Shown here one piece after another: positions 1-10,834 of a DNA stretch of 64,000 nucleotides. The notes under the pieces were generated by a model. The model worked only from the letters and a program-made list of their open reading frames with translations. It had not been told where the DNA came from and did no database searches. This stretch comes from an uncultured Nitrososphaeraceae archaeon (GTDB lineage Archaea > Thermoproteota > Nitrososphaeria > Nitrososphaerales > Nitrososphaeraceae). Made by a program: the position numbers and the translations under genes. How positions within the stretch are numbered: position 1 is the first letter of the stretch; the number at the start of each line of letters is the position of its first letter. The stretch is taken from the NCBI GenBank assembly GCA_963779615.1, contig CAVZZA010000001.1, positions 128,001 through 192,000 on the forward strand, read 5' to 3'.

Positions 1-415
1 TATACATATACATCAATATGTTGAAATTCTTTATTTTTTCCACTAAACGTCATTACCCATCAATATCAGGACATAATCTTGAATGTTCAAGAATACCCAA
101 GAATACCCAAGAACAAGCATACGCTTTATTTCAACCATCCAGGCAAACCAGGTATAAATTATGAAAGTTTTTCATCCATATCTACTACAACAACAATAAC
201 AAAAACAGAAAATCGCGAATGCAATACAAACGTAAATGTTTTGAGCATCTACAAGCATGCAGGTAATTTATTTTATCATATAATCTATCATTTATCCCTA
301 AAGCGCAATGCGCTTTACACCAATTTATTGAACCAGCTATTTAATGCAAAACTTCATTTTATTTATAAATATCTATAATAATATTTTTATGTAAGAAGAT
401 ACCATTATAATGTAA

Positions 416-646
416 TTGGCTCTAGAAGTCCCTGATAGAGATCGAGAAAAACTTCAAAGGTTAAAAGAAAATCTTGATTGGTTTGAGTCAAACTACAAAA
501 GCTTTGAAAAAGATTTCAAAAATCAATATGTCGCAGTTAAGGATAAAAGATTTTTGGATAACGACATTAGTCTTGACATACTGGTAAAAAGACTAAAATT
601 AAAGAATTATAATGACTCAATTGCTATTGATTTTGTATACAATTGA
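416..646 (+). CDS. small hypothetical protein, DUF5678-like
   Basis: 76-aa ORF with the WFESNY...NQYVAVKD pattern typical of DUF5678 small proteins; AT-rich TATA-like region upstream. Confidence 0.55.
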   Translation: MALEVPDRDREKLQRLKENLDWFESNYKSFEKDFKNQYVAVKDKRFLDNDISLDILVKRLKLKNYNDSIAIDFVYN

Positions 647-1148
647 AAAGAACCCTCCAACCACTTTGGTTTTTGTTTTATAGCAGCACATACGTTATGA
701 GTTCATAAGGTTTACCGTTTTTTGTCATACGTAAATAGGTTGTAGTAGTTTTTGATTGAGAAAACGGAAACCTTTGTTATGTCAATCGAAAAGATTTGAT
801 TGGATAAACCGGTTGGCTTATCCGCTGGTTGTTAAAACAACTAAAACCAACAGGCATGTTTGTTTTTGAAAATAAGTCAGTGTGATAAAAAATTTCTATT
901 AAAACATGATAAAATAAAAAATAAAAAATATCGTAAAAATAAAATAAAAAAATTATTGACAAACAATTACAAGTTTCCTTGATTTTATTTATAGGATGTT
1001 ATCAATGAGAAGAAATTGGAAAAATTATTGACAAGGTTAAAGAAAAAGAAAAGGGTGATAAAGATGCAGTCGTAGATACAGCAAAAGCATTACCCTCTAT
1101 AGATATCCTGACCCAATGGATAAGATACATCTTTAAAATAAAGAACAA

Positions 1149-1673
1149 TTGGACAAGGATGTAACCATCTGTTGTTATTGTTCATCCAACACAATGCTTT
1201 TAGGGTTTACTGTTTGGCAATGCCTTAAGGGTAAAAATCCTAATGATGATCTCGTTGCTCTCTTTGCCCTCTTTGCACCATATTATCTGATATTGAAAAT
1301 AATTAGGGATGGAAAACTTGAGACTCATAGGCAAAATGGAAAAGCAATTATATCAATCAATGGGCAGATAAAAACAACCTTTAATTTGAATAAAGTAATT
1401 AAAATTTTAAGGGTTGGAATAAACGATAGTTTTATGATGGATAGCGAACGGGATGAGAGAAAAAGCCTAGATAGTTTTACACTAGATTATATCTATAACA
1501 AAATAATTGAGTTAGAACTAAAAAATATTGAAAACAAGAATATAGGCTACGAGTATAAAGATAGAGCTTATAGTGAAATCATACGCATAGTATCAGATTC
1601 AAAAATAGATAACAGAACAATAGATAACAGAACAATTCAGAAGCTAAAGAGAAGGAGAACCGATCTAAGCTGA
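1149..1673 (+). CDS. hypothetical protein (5' part possibly frameshifted from ~995)
   Basis: 174-aa ORF with normal AT-rich coding composition; 15-bp tandem duplication encoding DNRTI-DNRTI. Confidence 0.45.
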   Translation: MDKDVTICCYCSSNTMLLGFTVWQCLKGKNPNDDLVALFALFAPYYLILKIIRDGKLETHRQNGKAIISINGQIKTTFNLNKVIKILRVGINDSFMMDSERDERKSLDSFTLDYIYNKIIELELKNIENKNIGYEYKDRAYSEIIRIVSDSKIDNRTIDNRTIQKLKRRRTDLS

Positions 1674-1759
1674 ATGTCTACAACACCATTTCGTTTTCTT
1701 CATCGTTTATTTATTATTCCAGTTACTAGAAATCAAATTAAGTCTATCGTCTTAGATAA

Positions 1760-1905
1760 TGGCTCTGAGGTACTTTATCTGCCGTAGGACAGTCAACTGA
1801 AGAAGAAGTTAAGTTACATTCCTGTGTTTTTTTACGGTTAAGGTGCTTGTTGTTGGTGTTGGTGCTGTGCCATTTCCGGGTGCTGTTGATATCGATGTTG
1901 TTGAT
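1760..1905 (-). pseudogene. remnant of secreted-protein linker/beta-sandwich segment
   Basis: Minus strand reads STTSISTAPGNGTAPTPTTSTLTVKK, then ...C...CPTA after a frameshift; matches TTTSTTAGNGTTPAPMPKTGSLLVTKNVFC...CPQP of the 57379 ORF. Confidence 0.5.
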
Positions 1906-2079
1906 CCACCACGGAATTCGGTAAGGTCGATGGCTTCAACAAAGAAGAATCAGGCCTTACCGGATTTGGTAAGAAAGAAGATATTGCAAATTCTCCAAAA
2001 AACAATCCAGAACATGAAAAAATTTCATTATTGGAGAACAATAAACTATATAACCGCAAAGAAAACAATCACCTAAAGA

Positions 2080-2154
2080 GGGTCCGTAGCGTAGTCAGGA
2101 TATCGCGGCGGTCTTCGGAACCGCAAACCGTGGGATCGAAGCCCATCGGGCCCG
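2080..2154 (+). tRNA. tRNA-Arg: tRNA-Arg (anticodon TCG)
   Basis: Acceptor stem GGGTCCG/CGGGCCC; anticodon arm GCGGT-CTTCGGA-ACCGC; T arm GTGGG-ATCGAAG-CCCAT; TATA-like element upstream. Confidence 0.92.
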
Positions 2155-2209
2155 TTACGATAATGGCTCTTTTAAATGGGTTCTACTAAAATATGGTGTA
2201 AAGAAAAAA

Positions 2210-2992
2210 GTGGTAGAATATAATAATCAAGAGCAAGATACTTGGTCGCTGTATTTGTATGCGATGAAATCGCCAGTGACAAGGGATAAGTACCAAAAAA
2301 GGTTAGAGAAATTCTTTGACTCTTTAGGTTTAGAAGGGATAACAATAGAGGAAAAAAGCAGAGTTTTTGTTAATATAGCAAAGAAAGAAGGCAATGGATG
2401 GATATTCAATCAGGTATTGAAATTTATGCAGTTTCAGTTAGAGAGAGCAAACAGAAAAGAGATAACTAGCTCAACCATCAGAAATTATTTAAAAAGCATA
2501 AAGTTATTTTGTGAAATGGCCGACTTTCAGATAGCATGGAAAAAGATTTCAAGGGGACTTCCAAGAGCAAAAAACTACTCGGATGACAGAATCCCAACGA
2601 TAGATGAAATAAGGAAACTATTGGAATATCCGGATAGAAGATTGAAGTCAATCATCTATACTATGGCTTCATCAGGCATTCGTCTTGGTGCGTGGGATTA
2701 TCTAAAATGGGGCCACATTCGCCCGATAGAGAAAGAAGGAGAGGTTATCGCCGCTAAGAGTATTGTTTATGCAGAAGAAGAAGACGAATATTTCTCGTTT
2801 ATATCAAAAGAATCGTTCCAATCTTTAAAAGATTGGATGAATTACAGAGAATTTTCTGGGGAGTTAATAGATGAAAACAGTTGGGTTATGCGAGACTTAT
2901 GGGACACTCAAGACATTCAAAGAAATGGAAAAGGAGTTATGGAGAAAAAACTTTGGTTTAATTTGCATTTAAAGAAAAAAGAAAAGGAATGA
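2210..2992 (+). pseudogene. tyrosine recombinase/integrase, C-terminally truncated
   Basis: SAM-like N-terminus and box I (MASSGIRLGA) present; ORF ends shortly after RDLWDT with no HxxR or catalytic Tyr; starts 55 bp after the tRNA. Confidence 0.85.
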
Positions 2993-3016
2993 TTCTTTTC
3001 AACTTTCAGTTAGTTA

Positions 3017-3673
3017 TTATGGAACCAAACTTGAACATTCTGCAAATACGGTAAGCCTGTTTCCAATGGACGTTCCATTATATTTACCAGTAACCTCCCA
3101 TCCTGCATTTCCGGGTGTTGCGGAATCATCGAAAATAATAAAATCATCCACATCGAACTTGAATTCCCAGGTGTATCCACCACCAGTAGCCTTTTCTCCC
3201 GGATTGCATGAAGCGGTTGCAGTAATTATTTGTCCATTGCTGGTTACTGGAGCGCCCTCCCTTTCAATCACTTGAAGTGTTCGTGGAGGACCTGCAGGTC
3301 CCTGAATTCCTTGTGGTCCTGCTAATCCTCGCTCTCCATCAGCACCTGCTGATCCTGGAATCCCAGAGGTAGAAGCTGCAGTGTCAGAGGAAAGGGAGCT
3401 TGTATTGGTTGTGCTCTGGTCAATAAAACTGGTTGCTGTATTATCATTGCCCGTTAGCTGTTGTCCTTCGTTTGCCTGCCTGCAACCGTCAGACCTATTA
3501 CAGAGATTGTCCTTATTCATGTTTTGTTTGACATCCTGTTCTAAGTCTGAAGACTTGGGACTCGCATATGCCGACTGTTGTAATGGAGTAAGATTTGGCA
3601 ATAAAGCAAACAAGGATGCTAATGATATTGCCATAACGACTGTAATCGTTAAATGGCTTAAACTGTTATTCAA
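3017..3673 (-). CDS. secreted collagen-like protein with QN/CC module and C-terminal head domain
   Basis: Signal peptide ending AYA; module QNMNKDNLCNRSDGCRQANEGQQLTGNDNTATSFIDQS; Gly-X-Y run; head ASCNPGEKATGGGY...W...VFAEC. Confidence 0.85.
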   Translation of the reverse strand: MNNSLSHLTITVVMAISLASLFALLPNLTPLQQSAYASPKSSDLEQDVKQNMNKDNLCNRSDGCRQANEGQQLTGNDNTATSFIDQSTTNTSSLSSDTAASTSGIPGSAGADGERGLAGPQGIQGPAGPPRTLQVIEREGAPVTSNGQIITATASCNPGEKATGGGYTWEFKFDVDDFIIFDDSATPGNAGWEVTGKYNGTSIGNRLTVFAECSSLVP

Positions 3674-4046
3674 TTCTAACAGTTAGGTTAAGTCAGTATA
3701 TCTGAAATATTCAGAAATGCTATTATACTTTTATAATCTTTTTACTTCGATAGAAAACTACTAGAGTACACAAATAAATTTTTACTAACGGATATTCCTA
3801 CAGCATTTAAGGCGGGACACTGATGCCCTGATTGTGCATGTCTATGACCAATTTTTCCTTTTGCTGTCTGTTTAGAATCATCTTTTTTACAGAAGATATG
3901 GATATACAGGTTGGTTTTTAATGGTGCAAGAAATCACCCCTTATTATAACTCCTTGTTACAAAATCAAGGGTACTACTACATGTGTTGTTTTTTGTGTTG
4001 TTTTTGATTAAGAACAACATGTTTTATTTTAATGTGCACAAAGCAA

Positions 4047-4320
4047 TTATTCCCTAAATTTTTTCCCGAATGTTGTCGAGATTATGGACGTTCCAGTAAA
4101 GGTGACGGTCCAGTATATCCATGGATTTCCACCATTCCCCCTGACAACAAAGCAGGGACCAAGGACCTGGCAGGGTTCATTGATGCTCCAGTTATAAGGC
4201 CAAAAAGAGTATGTCCAAGCAAATAAATCCTTCAATAACAATACCACCAAAACCCCTCAAGCCCTTTGTATATGCCACCACCAAAATTACAGCCACCAGT
4301 AAAGCAGAGGCATAAGACCT
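4047..4320 (-). pseudogene. aquaporin (MIP family) C-terminal remnant
   Basis: Across frameshifts reads ASALLVAVILVVAYTKGLRGFGG...ITGASMNPARSLVPALLSG...PWIYWTVTF, including the second NPA motif. Confidence 0.8.
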
Positions 4321-4632
4321 AATGATGAGTGGCAAGGCAAGGTTTCCGGCTGCCCTAACTACATGGCATCAACCCGCAAATAATTCGAAAAATGCCCAAA
4401 GACTTTAGGTCATTGGCGCTGTCAAAGCGGCCTCAGAATAATTTTTGTCCAAAGACAAAGCCCTTATTGCTTAGGTGGCCGCCTAACTTTACTCCAAGAC
4501 TTTATGCTTGCAAAGACAGATGAAAGTACTGCATCTAAGGTTGTTTATAAGATAAGGTTGAATCAAGTTTGAAAGAAAGGTTATGGAGATTAGGGGTTTG
4601 CCTACAAAGGGTACGGCTATGTAAAAAATACG

Positions 4633-4955
4633 CTAGGCGGGCCTTCCATAGGTGTTGGTTACTGTGCATGTGGCTGTTTGACCCCCACTATTTATTGTGC
4701 TATTGCACCCTTCCGAATATGTCGTTGTGAGGGGCACTATTACAGAGACTGTATTAGCATTATTGTTTGTTACATACATAAATCCATTAATATGATTAAA
4801 GGTGATTAAAGGCAATTCCAAATGGCCCTGGACCCACAGGAATGGTTCCCACAACCGTGTTTGTTGAGGGGTCCATCACGGAGACGGTATTACTACCAAA
4901 GTTCGTCACATACATATTCCCATTGTCAGGATTAAAAGCGATATACAATGGTTCG
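4633..4955 (-). pseudogene. YVTN/YncE beta-propeller protein remnant
   Basis: IAFNPDNGNMYVTNFGSNTVSVMDPSTNTVVGTIPVGPGPFGIAFN / NGFMYVTNNNANTVSVI, frameshifted and 5'-truncated. Confidence 0.8.
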
Positions 4956-5352
4956 GAGTTCGCAGTTGAATCTAATCACAATGTAGAAATATAAATCAAT
5001 TTCGAAAATAGGGCTCTTAACATAACACTAAATTCATACTTGAAGATATCCTATCTCCTTTGTGAATGCCAAAAATAGGACATCTTCATCAGGCTTTGTT
5101 GACTTTGGCTTAAATTTTATTTTTCAGGCCTTATCATTAAGAAGCAATATGGTTGACATATCAAAAGGAGAATTGTAAATACTTTCTTTTAGCCTATTAA
5201 CAACATCATGAAAATACAATTAGTGTTTGTACATGTAATAATATCAAGAAATGTTTTCTATTTAATATATTATTATACAGCTACCATATTACTTTCCTCA
5301 TAAAGACTTTGAATGTCAAATTTAACATATCAAATGAGTCCCACTCTAGTAG

Positions 5353-5395
5353 TGAAAATGCTACGGAAACCATCGGGCCTGTTGTAATTTTACTA
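5353..5395 (+). repeat. att-like site A (tRNA-Arg 3' end copy)
   Basis: TGAAAATGCTACGGAAA-CCATCGGGCCTGTT-GTAATTTTACTA; core matches the tRNA end CCATCGGGCCCGTT. Confidence 0.75.
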
Positions 5396-5433
5396 ATTTG
5401 TTAGGACGAAGCAAAATAAATGGTGAGAAAATA

Positions 5434-5560
5434 GTGGTTGGAAACATAACTAGAGCAATGAGCAGAGCCTAAAGGAAGGTGATGCGTATTCTTGGCATTT
5501 ATATGGAATAGGATCTCCTATAACCAGAGATACATGTCAGACCATTGAGGATTTTCTTTA
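5434..5560 (+). pseudogene. integrase N-terminal remnant
   Basis: WHLYGIGSPITRDTCQ resembles WSLYLYAMKSPVTRDKYQ of the 2210 integrase and lies at a similar distance from an att-like core. Confidence 0.6.
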
Positions 5561-5737
5561 ATCATGTTCAATTGTTATCTAATGACTAAGCTATGGAAGT
5601 TCTTTGAAATTTATTTATAAAATGAGAGGATGATTGATTTGTTGCACAAAATACCAGATTTAGTAATCCTTCCTCTTCTACACTTATCACCTACTCCATT
5701 TCCCTTTTTCCTCACCATATGACAATTTTATTATGGG

Positions 5738-6592
5738 CTATAGAATTATATTTTTATAATTGTCAAACCTATTATGCTTTACAGCCTCATCCAATATGGT
5801 AAAGGAAACCTGCTCTGCCATTATCCGTAAGTTTCCCACCTCTTCCCTGTATGCATCAAGGGATGTATGATCTTTGTAACCCATATAGACTTCTTTAATT
5901 TTAAAGCCATTCATTAAAGTTTCAATTAGAAACCATACATCAATACCCCAGCCATCTGGTGTTTTATTTCGATTGGTATGGCTTAACAGTGTAGACCAGA
6001 CCTTCATATTTGCACATATTTCACCACTTAATGGTTGTTGAAAATGGGGCGCTTCTGGAAAAAATATTTCAAGCATGGGTTTTGCAATGAGTTTTGTTAC
6101 AGCTCCGTCTCTAGGGTGTCTATCGTAATAGCCTCTTGTCATATCATATCCTTCTTTAAGAATTGGTTCAACTAGCAAGTCGACCCATTCTCTAGAAAGG
6201 TTCCTGATATCTGAATCAAGAAAAAGAGCTAAATCATATTTATTGTTAGTTTTATTGTCATCTGCAATGTTATTTTTAATACTTTTATTGTTGTTTGAAT
6301 ACTTTTTAAATAACACCTCCTCTAAACCTGCCCGCATTGCAATCCCTTTACCAGGAAACTTTTTTACTGGTTGCTCTATTACAATTGTTTTCTCTAACCC
6401 TTTGGCTATTTTAACAGTATTGTCGGTAGAAAAACCATCCACAACAACAACATCAGGGTCATAACGGCTCTGCCTAACTCGGGTTATTGCACTTTCAATT
6501 GTGCTCTCGGAATTTTTTTGTACAAAAAATTATTACTAATTTGGTGTTGTCGTTATCGCTGCCATCAAAATCTTTTGTTGCTCTTTCTTCAT
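5738..6592 (-). CDS. GT2 glycosyltransferase (glucosyl-3-phosphoglycerate synthase-like), frameshift near 6524
   Basis: VVVDGFSTDNT, GKGIAM, FLDSD, QQPLSGE and GWGID motifs; N-terminus continues across a homopolymer frameshift. Confidence 0.8.
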
Positions 6593-6975
6593 TGTTTAAC
6601 ATATTTTATTGCATGAAAAGCAGCTTGTTATAAGTTTCTGCCCTGACGATATGAAAATCCCGGTTTACACCAGTATTGCATATTGGCTAGGGGTTTAAAG
6701 TTTAAATGTTCAGCATGGTGTGGGGTCTTTTACTGAACTACATATTAAGCGGTTATCAACGTACCTCATCAAAATGGTAAAAAATAGAATTCACCCCAAT
6801 GAAAACTTTTAATCTTATGAATTCAAAAATTTATAATATGAAGAATCAGTAACATTTAAAGACGCTGCATAGATAAGTCCTATCTTATGGAACTAAAATA
6901 CAAATATGACTATCTTGAATAAAAGTTCAAAAGATTAATTGTTGTTAAGAATATAAGGAAGTCCTTAACCGGTAA

Positions 6976-7019
6976 TGAAAATGCATCCGAAACCATCAGA
7001 CCCATTGTAATATTTACTA
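6976..7019 (+). repeat. att-like site B
   Basis: TGAAAATGCATCCGAAA-CCATCAGACCCATT-GTAATATTTACTA; same arms as site A. Confidence 0.65.
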
Positions 7020-7086
7020 TGAAAATATATAAAAGGAAAAAACATTCCAAATATTAGAATCCACATTAAAGGACTGATGTCGTCCT

Positions 7087-8057
7087 GAAGCCCATCAGGC
7101 CCGTTAACCATACGACTTCAAATAATTGCTCATTTCCAATAACCATTGAAGGGAAAGGAAAGGGACACTATTGCCTGAAGTTAACAACAACCATCACAAA
7201 TATAGAGAAGAAGGCAAAGAATCAGGTGAACATACCACCCATAGATGAATGCTTTCATTATCTGACCACCACTATCGACACGTCAGAAAGCTACCAAAAT
7301 GGGCTGCTCAAGGTTGGTAAGACATCCGAAACAGCCTTGTTGTCTGCCTCCTTTCAGCAATTTATTGCTAACAGCATCCACTCCCATCATTAATGTTTCA
7401 TGTACACCGTCACCATAACCTTCTAACCATGTATACGCACGACGATATCTCCTGCTGCCTACTTGGGCTCTGGATGACCGCGGCGTGCGGCATCCACCAA
7501 TCACGAGCCTCGGTCGCCAAAGCAAAAGTGGATGGACACAATCCCCCCCTTTGAAGTGAGCAGACATCCTTCACCTTGGCACCCCTGAGGGAGGATGATC
7601 CGCTTTGGGGTTGCCCTTTAAACATTGCGGGCGTCATAAGCAGGAGATGCCTCTATGCGGTACCGCACCTTACAAAAAAATGGAGAACCCAGCCATTGCC
7701 AATCAAAATATTTATATATGAGCATATGAGGAGTTGTGTACTTTTATACACCAATCTTTAATGAATTATCCATAAGTATATCTATGTTGGCATTGCTTAT
7801 ATAGCGCAATACAGGGAATAAGGCAGGCATTTGCCAAAACCATTCGTTTGAGGATGGGGGTGTTTTCTGTTGCCACCCACATAGCCCTCCTCCCTAGGCT
7901 GACACAGCATGTTTGGGTTTTTGGTATGCGCATACCCACCATGGCAGCAACATATACCACCGCTGGTTTGGACTCATAAAACAGTTGTAGTTGTAAGCAT
8001 TGGTCTCCTGCAATGCACCATATGGACGATGCGGTGGCCGCGGATTTGCCTTACTGC
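7087..8057 (+). repeat. ~1 kb tRNA-end-anchored repeat, copy 1 (begins with att-like site C)
   Basis: Starts GAAGCCCATCAGGCCCGTTA; colinear with 58954-59945 (shared blocks such as TGCCTCCTTTCAGCAATTTATTGCTAACAGCAT and ACCATTCGTTTGAGGATGGGG). Confidence 0.9.
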
Positions 8058-8339
8058 TTTCCTCCCCACCTTGGTAAAACATGGTATTGGTGGTGGTGGT
8101 GTTGTTGGCTGCCATATTTGACTGGTATTCCCGTATTGTTATGCTGATGAGGCATAGGTGGGTGGCAAAAACGATGCAACCAAAGGATGTTGAGTAGCCT
8201 GTATCATTTTGGAGGCCTATTTCCGCAAAACATGATGGCATATATCCAACGACCAAAATTGATCCTTCATTCCTTCATCACCGAATGAGTATCAACGATG
8301 GATGGGTCTTGGACGTATCGCTTGTTGTTATCTTGACGA

Positions 8340-8758
8340 CCCTGCCCGATATTGCTCATCGCTGACCTTTTCCATCCAGTCGACGGTCTTCTTGCGATCG
8401 GTCTGCTCCTGAATGACGACATGGGTCATGGCCGTGGTGAGCCGTGGTGGTCACCGTGGCACCATGCCAATGCTTTTCACCAGGCGGTATCCAGCCACGT
8501 CGCCCGGACGAATTTCCTCGACCAGGCCACCACCCCACACCAGCGCTGTGCCAGAGCGCAACTAGCCGTCATGATTATGGGTCTTCCCCAGCGGATGGGT
8601 GTGCCATGCGGTGCTGGCTCCGGGCTCAAGCGTGACGCTGGCGCCGACCATCCGCATTTGGTCGTTTGCCTGGAACAGGGGTCGATTCTCACTGTGCCGG
8701 CGAAATACTGCTCCGGCCCTTTGGTGAAAGGCTTTGAGCCGCCTCGCTCGATGTCCAT
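8340..8758 (-). pseudogene. cupin-domain protein, multiply frameshifted
   Basis: MDIERGGS...YFAGTVRIDP / VTLEPGASTAWHTHPLG / EEIRPGD / WIPPGEKHWHGAT / VDWMEKVSDEQY spread over different frames. Confidence 0.85.
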
Positions 8759-8767
8759 TTTTCACCA

Positions 8768-9889
8768 TCAGGCCTTCAGAGAAGCCATGTCAATGGAGAA
8801 GCGATACTTTACATCCGCACGGGACAGTCTCTCGTAGGCCTCGTTGACCTTCTGGATTGGGATGGTTTCCACGTCGGCAGTGATGTTGTGTTTGCCGCAA
8901 AAGTCAAGCATCTCCTGCGTTTCGGCAATACCCCCGATGAGCGAGCCAGAGAGGCTGCGACGCTTGAACAGAAGGCCAAAGGCCGAGACGGCATAGGGCT
9001 TGTCCGGTGCGCCGACGAGGGTGAGGTTGCCGTCGGGGCGGAGCAGTTGTATGTATGCGTTAATGTCGTGCTCGGCGGAGACGGCGTCGAGGATAAAGTC
9101 GAAGCTGCCTGCATGCTTGCTCATCTCATCAGCGTTTCGCGAAATGACCACGTCGTCCGCTCCGAGGCGAAGCGCGTCCTCCTTCTTGCTGGGTGAGGTG
9201 GTAAAGACCACGACATGGGCCCCAAGCGCATGAGCAAACTTTACCGCCATATGACCCAGGCCGCCAAGACCCACCACACCGACCTTTTTGCCTTTGGTGA
9301 CGCCCCAATGCCTCATGGGCGAGTATGTTGTGATTCCGGCGCACAAGAGCGGCGCGGCTCCGGCGAGATTCAGGTTGGGGGGAATGCGCAGGACAAAGTG
9401 CTCCTTGACTACAATGCTGTCGGAATAGCCGCCATATGTGACGCCCCCAAGGTGCGCGTCTGGAGAGTTGTAGGTGAGGGTCATGTGCGGGCAGAACTGC
9501 TCGAGACCGTCCTGGCACTCGGGGCAGTTACCGTCGGAGTCAACCAGGCAGCCGACTGCGGCAGGGTCTCCGGGCTTGAACCTGGTGACTGCGGAGCCTA
9601 CCCTGGTGACACGGCCGACGATCTCATGTCCGGGAACGCATGGATAGACAGTGGGCATTTCGCTCCACTCGTTGCGGACTTGGTGGAGGTCGGAGTGGCA
9701 TATACCGCAGAAAAGGATTTCTACCTGAACATCGTGTTCGCTCGGATCACGCCGTGGGATTGTGGTGGGGGCAAGCGGCGATTTTGCGCCCGCAGCAGCG
9801 TAAGCCTTCGCTTTGTACTGGCCACGTGACTCAGGGCTAAATTGCGCTGTTGACATGACGGTATCATTGCGGGGATGGTATAAAGGCAT
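8768..9889 (-). CDS. Zn-dependent NAD(P)-dependent alcohol dehydrogenase (cinnamyl ADH family)
   Basis: CHSD, GHEIVG, structural-Zn Cys cluster (first Cys replaced), LLCAGITTY, GLGGLG; GC-rich. Confidence 0.95.
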   Translation of the reverse strand: MPLYHPRNDTVMSTAQFSPESRGQYKAKAYAAAGAKSPLAPTTIPRRDPSEHDVQVEILFCGICHSDLHQVRNEWSEMPTVYPCVPGHEIVGRVTRVGSAVTRFKPGDPAAVGCLVDSDGNCPECQDGLEQFCPHMTLTYNSPDAHLGGVTYGGYSDSIVVKEHFVLRIPPNLNLAGAAPLLCAGITTYSPMRHWGVTKGKKVGVVGLGGLGHMAVKFAHALGAHVVVFTTSPSKKEDALRLGADDVVISRNADEMSKHAGSFDFILDAVSAEHDINAYIQLLRPDGNLTLVGAPDKPYAVSAFGLLFKRRSLSGSLIGGIAETQEMLDFCGKHNITADVETIPIQKVNEAYERLSRADVKYRFSIDMASLKA

Positions 9890-9974
9890 TTAGCCAAATA
9901 AGCCACTTCTCCCCTCTTGTCAATGACGGAAAGCCGGCAGACATTTTCCCCAAACAAGGGGAACGGCAACAGAG

Positions 9975-10330
9975 TTGGAAGGGCAGCTCCCCCCGTGGCT
10001 GCGCAATTACCAGTGGCACTCACTGAGCACAGGGGCTCTGTCTTTGCTGCGGGACATCAAATGCTTGACTTTTATGCCAAGGTTCCTTTCTATGCCAACA
10101 TGTTCTCCAATGCGGGTTTGCCGTCAACATCCGATCAGCAGGCGGTGTCTGATGATCTTGTGGGGTTTGGTTATCTCCGGAAATGAGGCAACAGTGGCCG
10201 CGCGGTTTACCGAACTCCTGAATGCAGGCCTAAATGATCTAACGGTGACCCTAGGTCCCACTGCAGATGCGGTTGATGACGATGAACAGGCACGACTAAC
10301 GCATTCAATCGGTCGGTACAAGGTTGCGAG
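9975..10330 (+). pseudogene. LLM-class (luciferase-like) oxidoreductase C-terminal remnant
   Basis: FYAKVPFYANMFSNAG / LVISGNEATVAARFTELLNAG in two frames; no N-terminus. Confidence 0.65.
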
Positions 10331-10834
10331 ATCAGTAATCGTAGATCATAACCTGGACTCAAAGTCGGCTCTGGCAGAAGAAAGGTGAAGCACCTCTCTT
10401 TTTAGTTGTGTCAAGATGATGCCGAGCAAAGTTTGAATGAAAGGTTATGGGGTTTATGGTTTATCTGCAACGGGGTATAACTACCTAAAAAATATGCTAA
10501 AAATAGTATACATAGCAGTTGCCATAATGCATGGAATTTACAATTTCCACATAACAATTACAAAAAAATGATTGTAGTTTAGAATGAATTAATCAATATG
10601 GATCAATATATCCATCCACTAATCGATAAAAAATTGAAATCTTGTAAAATACAATCTGAGGAAAAATAAAATTAACTTTGATAAGAATATCAAACAGCAC
10701 TATCCACGTATTACTCTATTTTAATAATTCCTTCGATTTCATATTGCTCTGCTAAACAAGACACCGGTGCATAATCAATATCCGTAATATATTTTTAAAA
10801 AAAATGAGAATAGTTGTTGTCCTGTAATCATTTC

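Noticed and set aside
700-960. Inverted repeats and A-tracts as a possible replication origin
   Set aside because: No ORB-like boxes or adjacent cdc6/orc1; such short dyads are expected in AT-rich DNA
7283-8256. Several 60-120 aa ORFs inside repeat copy 1 (and 59227-59889 in copy 2)
   Set aside because: The frames are not preserved between the two copies and show no convincing motifs; weak resemblances to Rieske or monooxygenase fragments were not supportable
8809-10023. Long overlapping ORFs on both strands over the ADH
   Set aside because: Shadow ORFs caused by high GC and few stop codons
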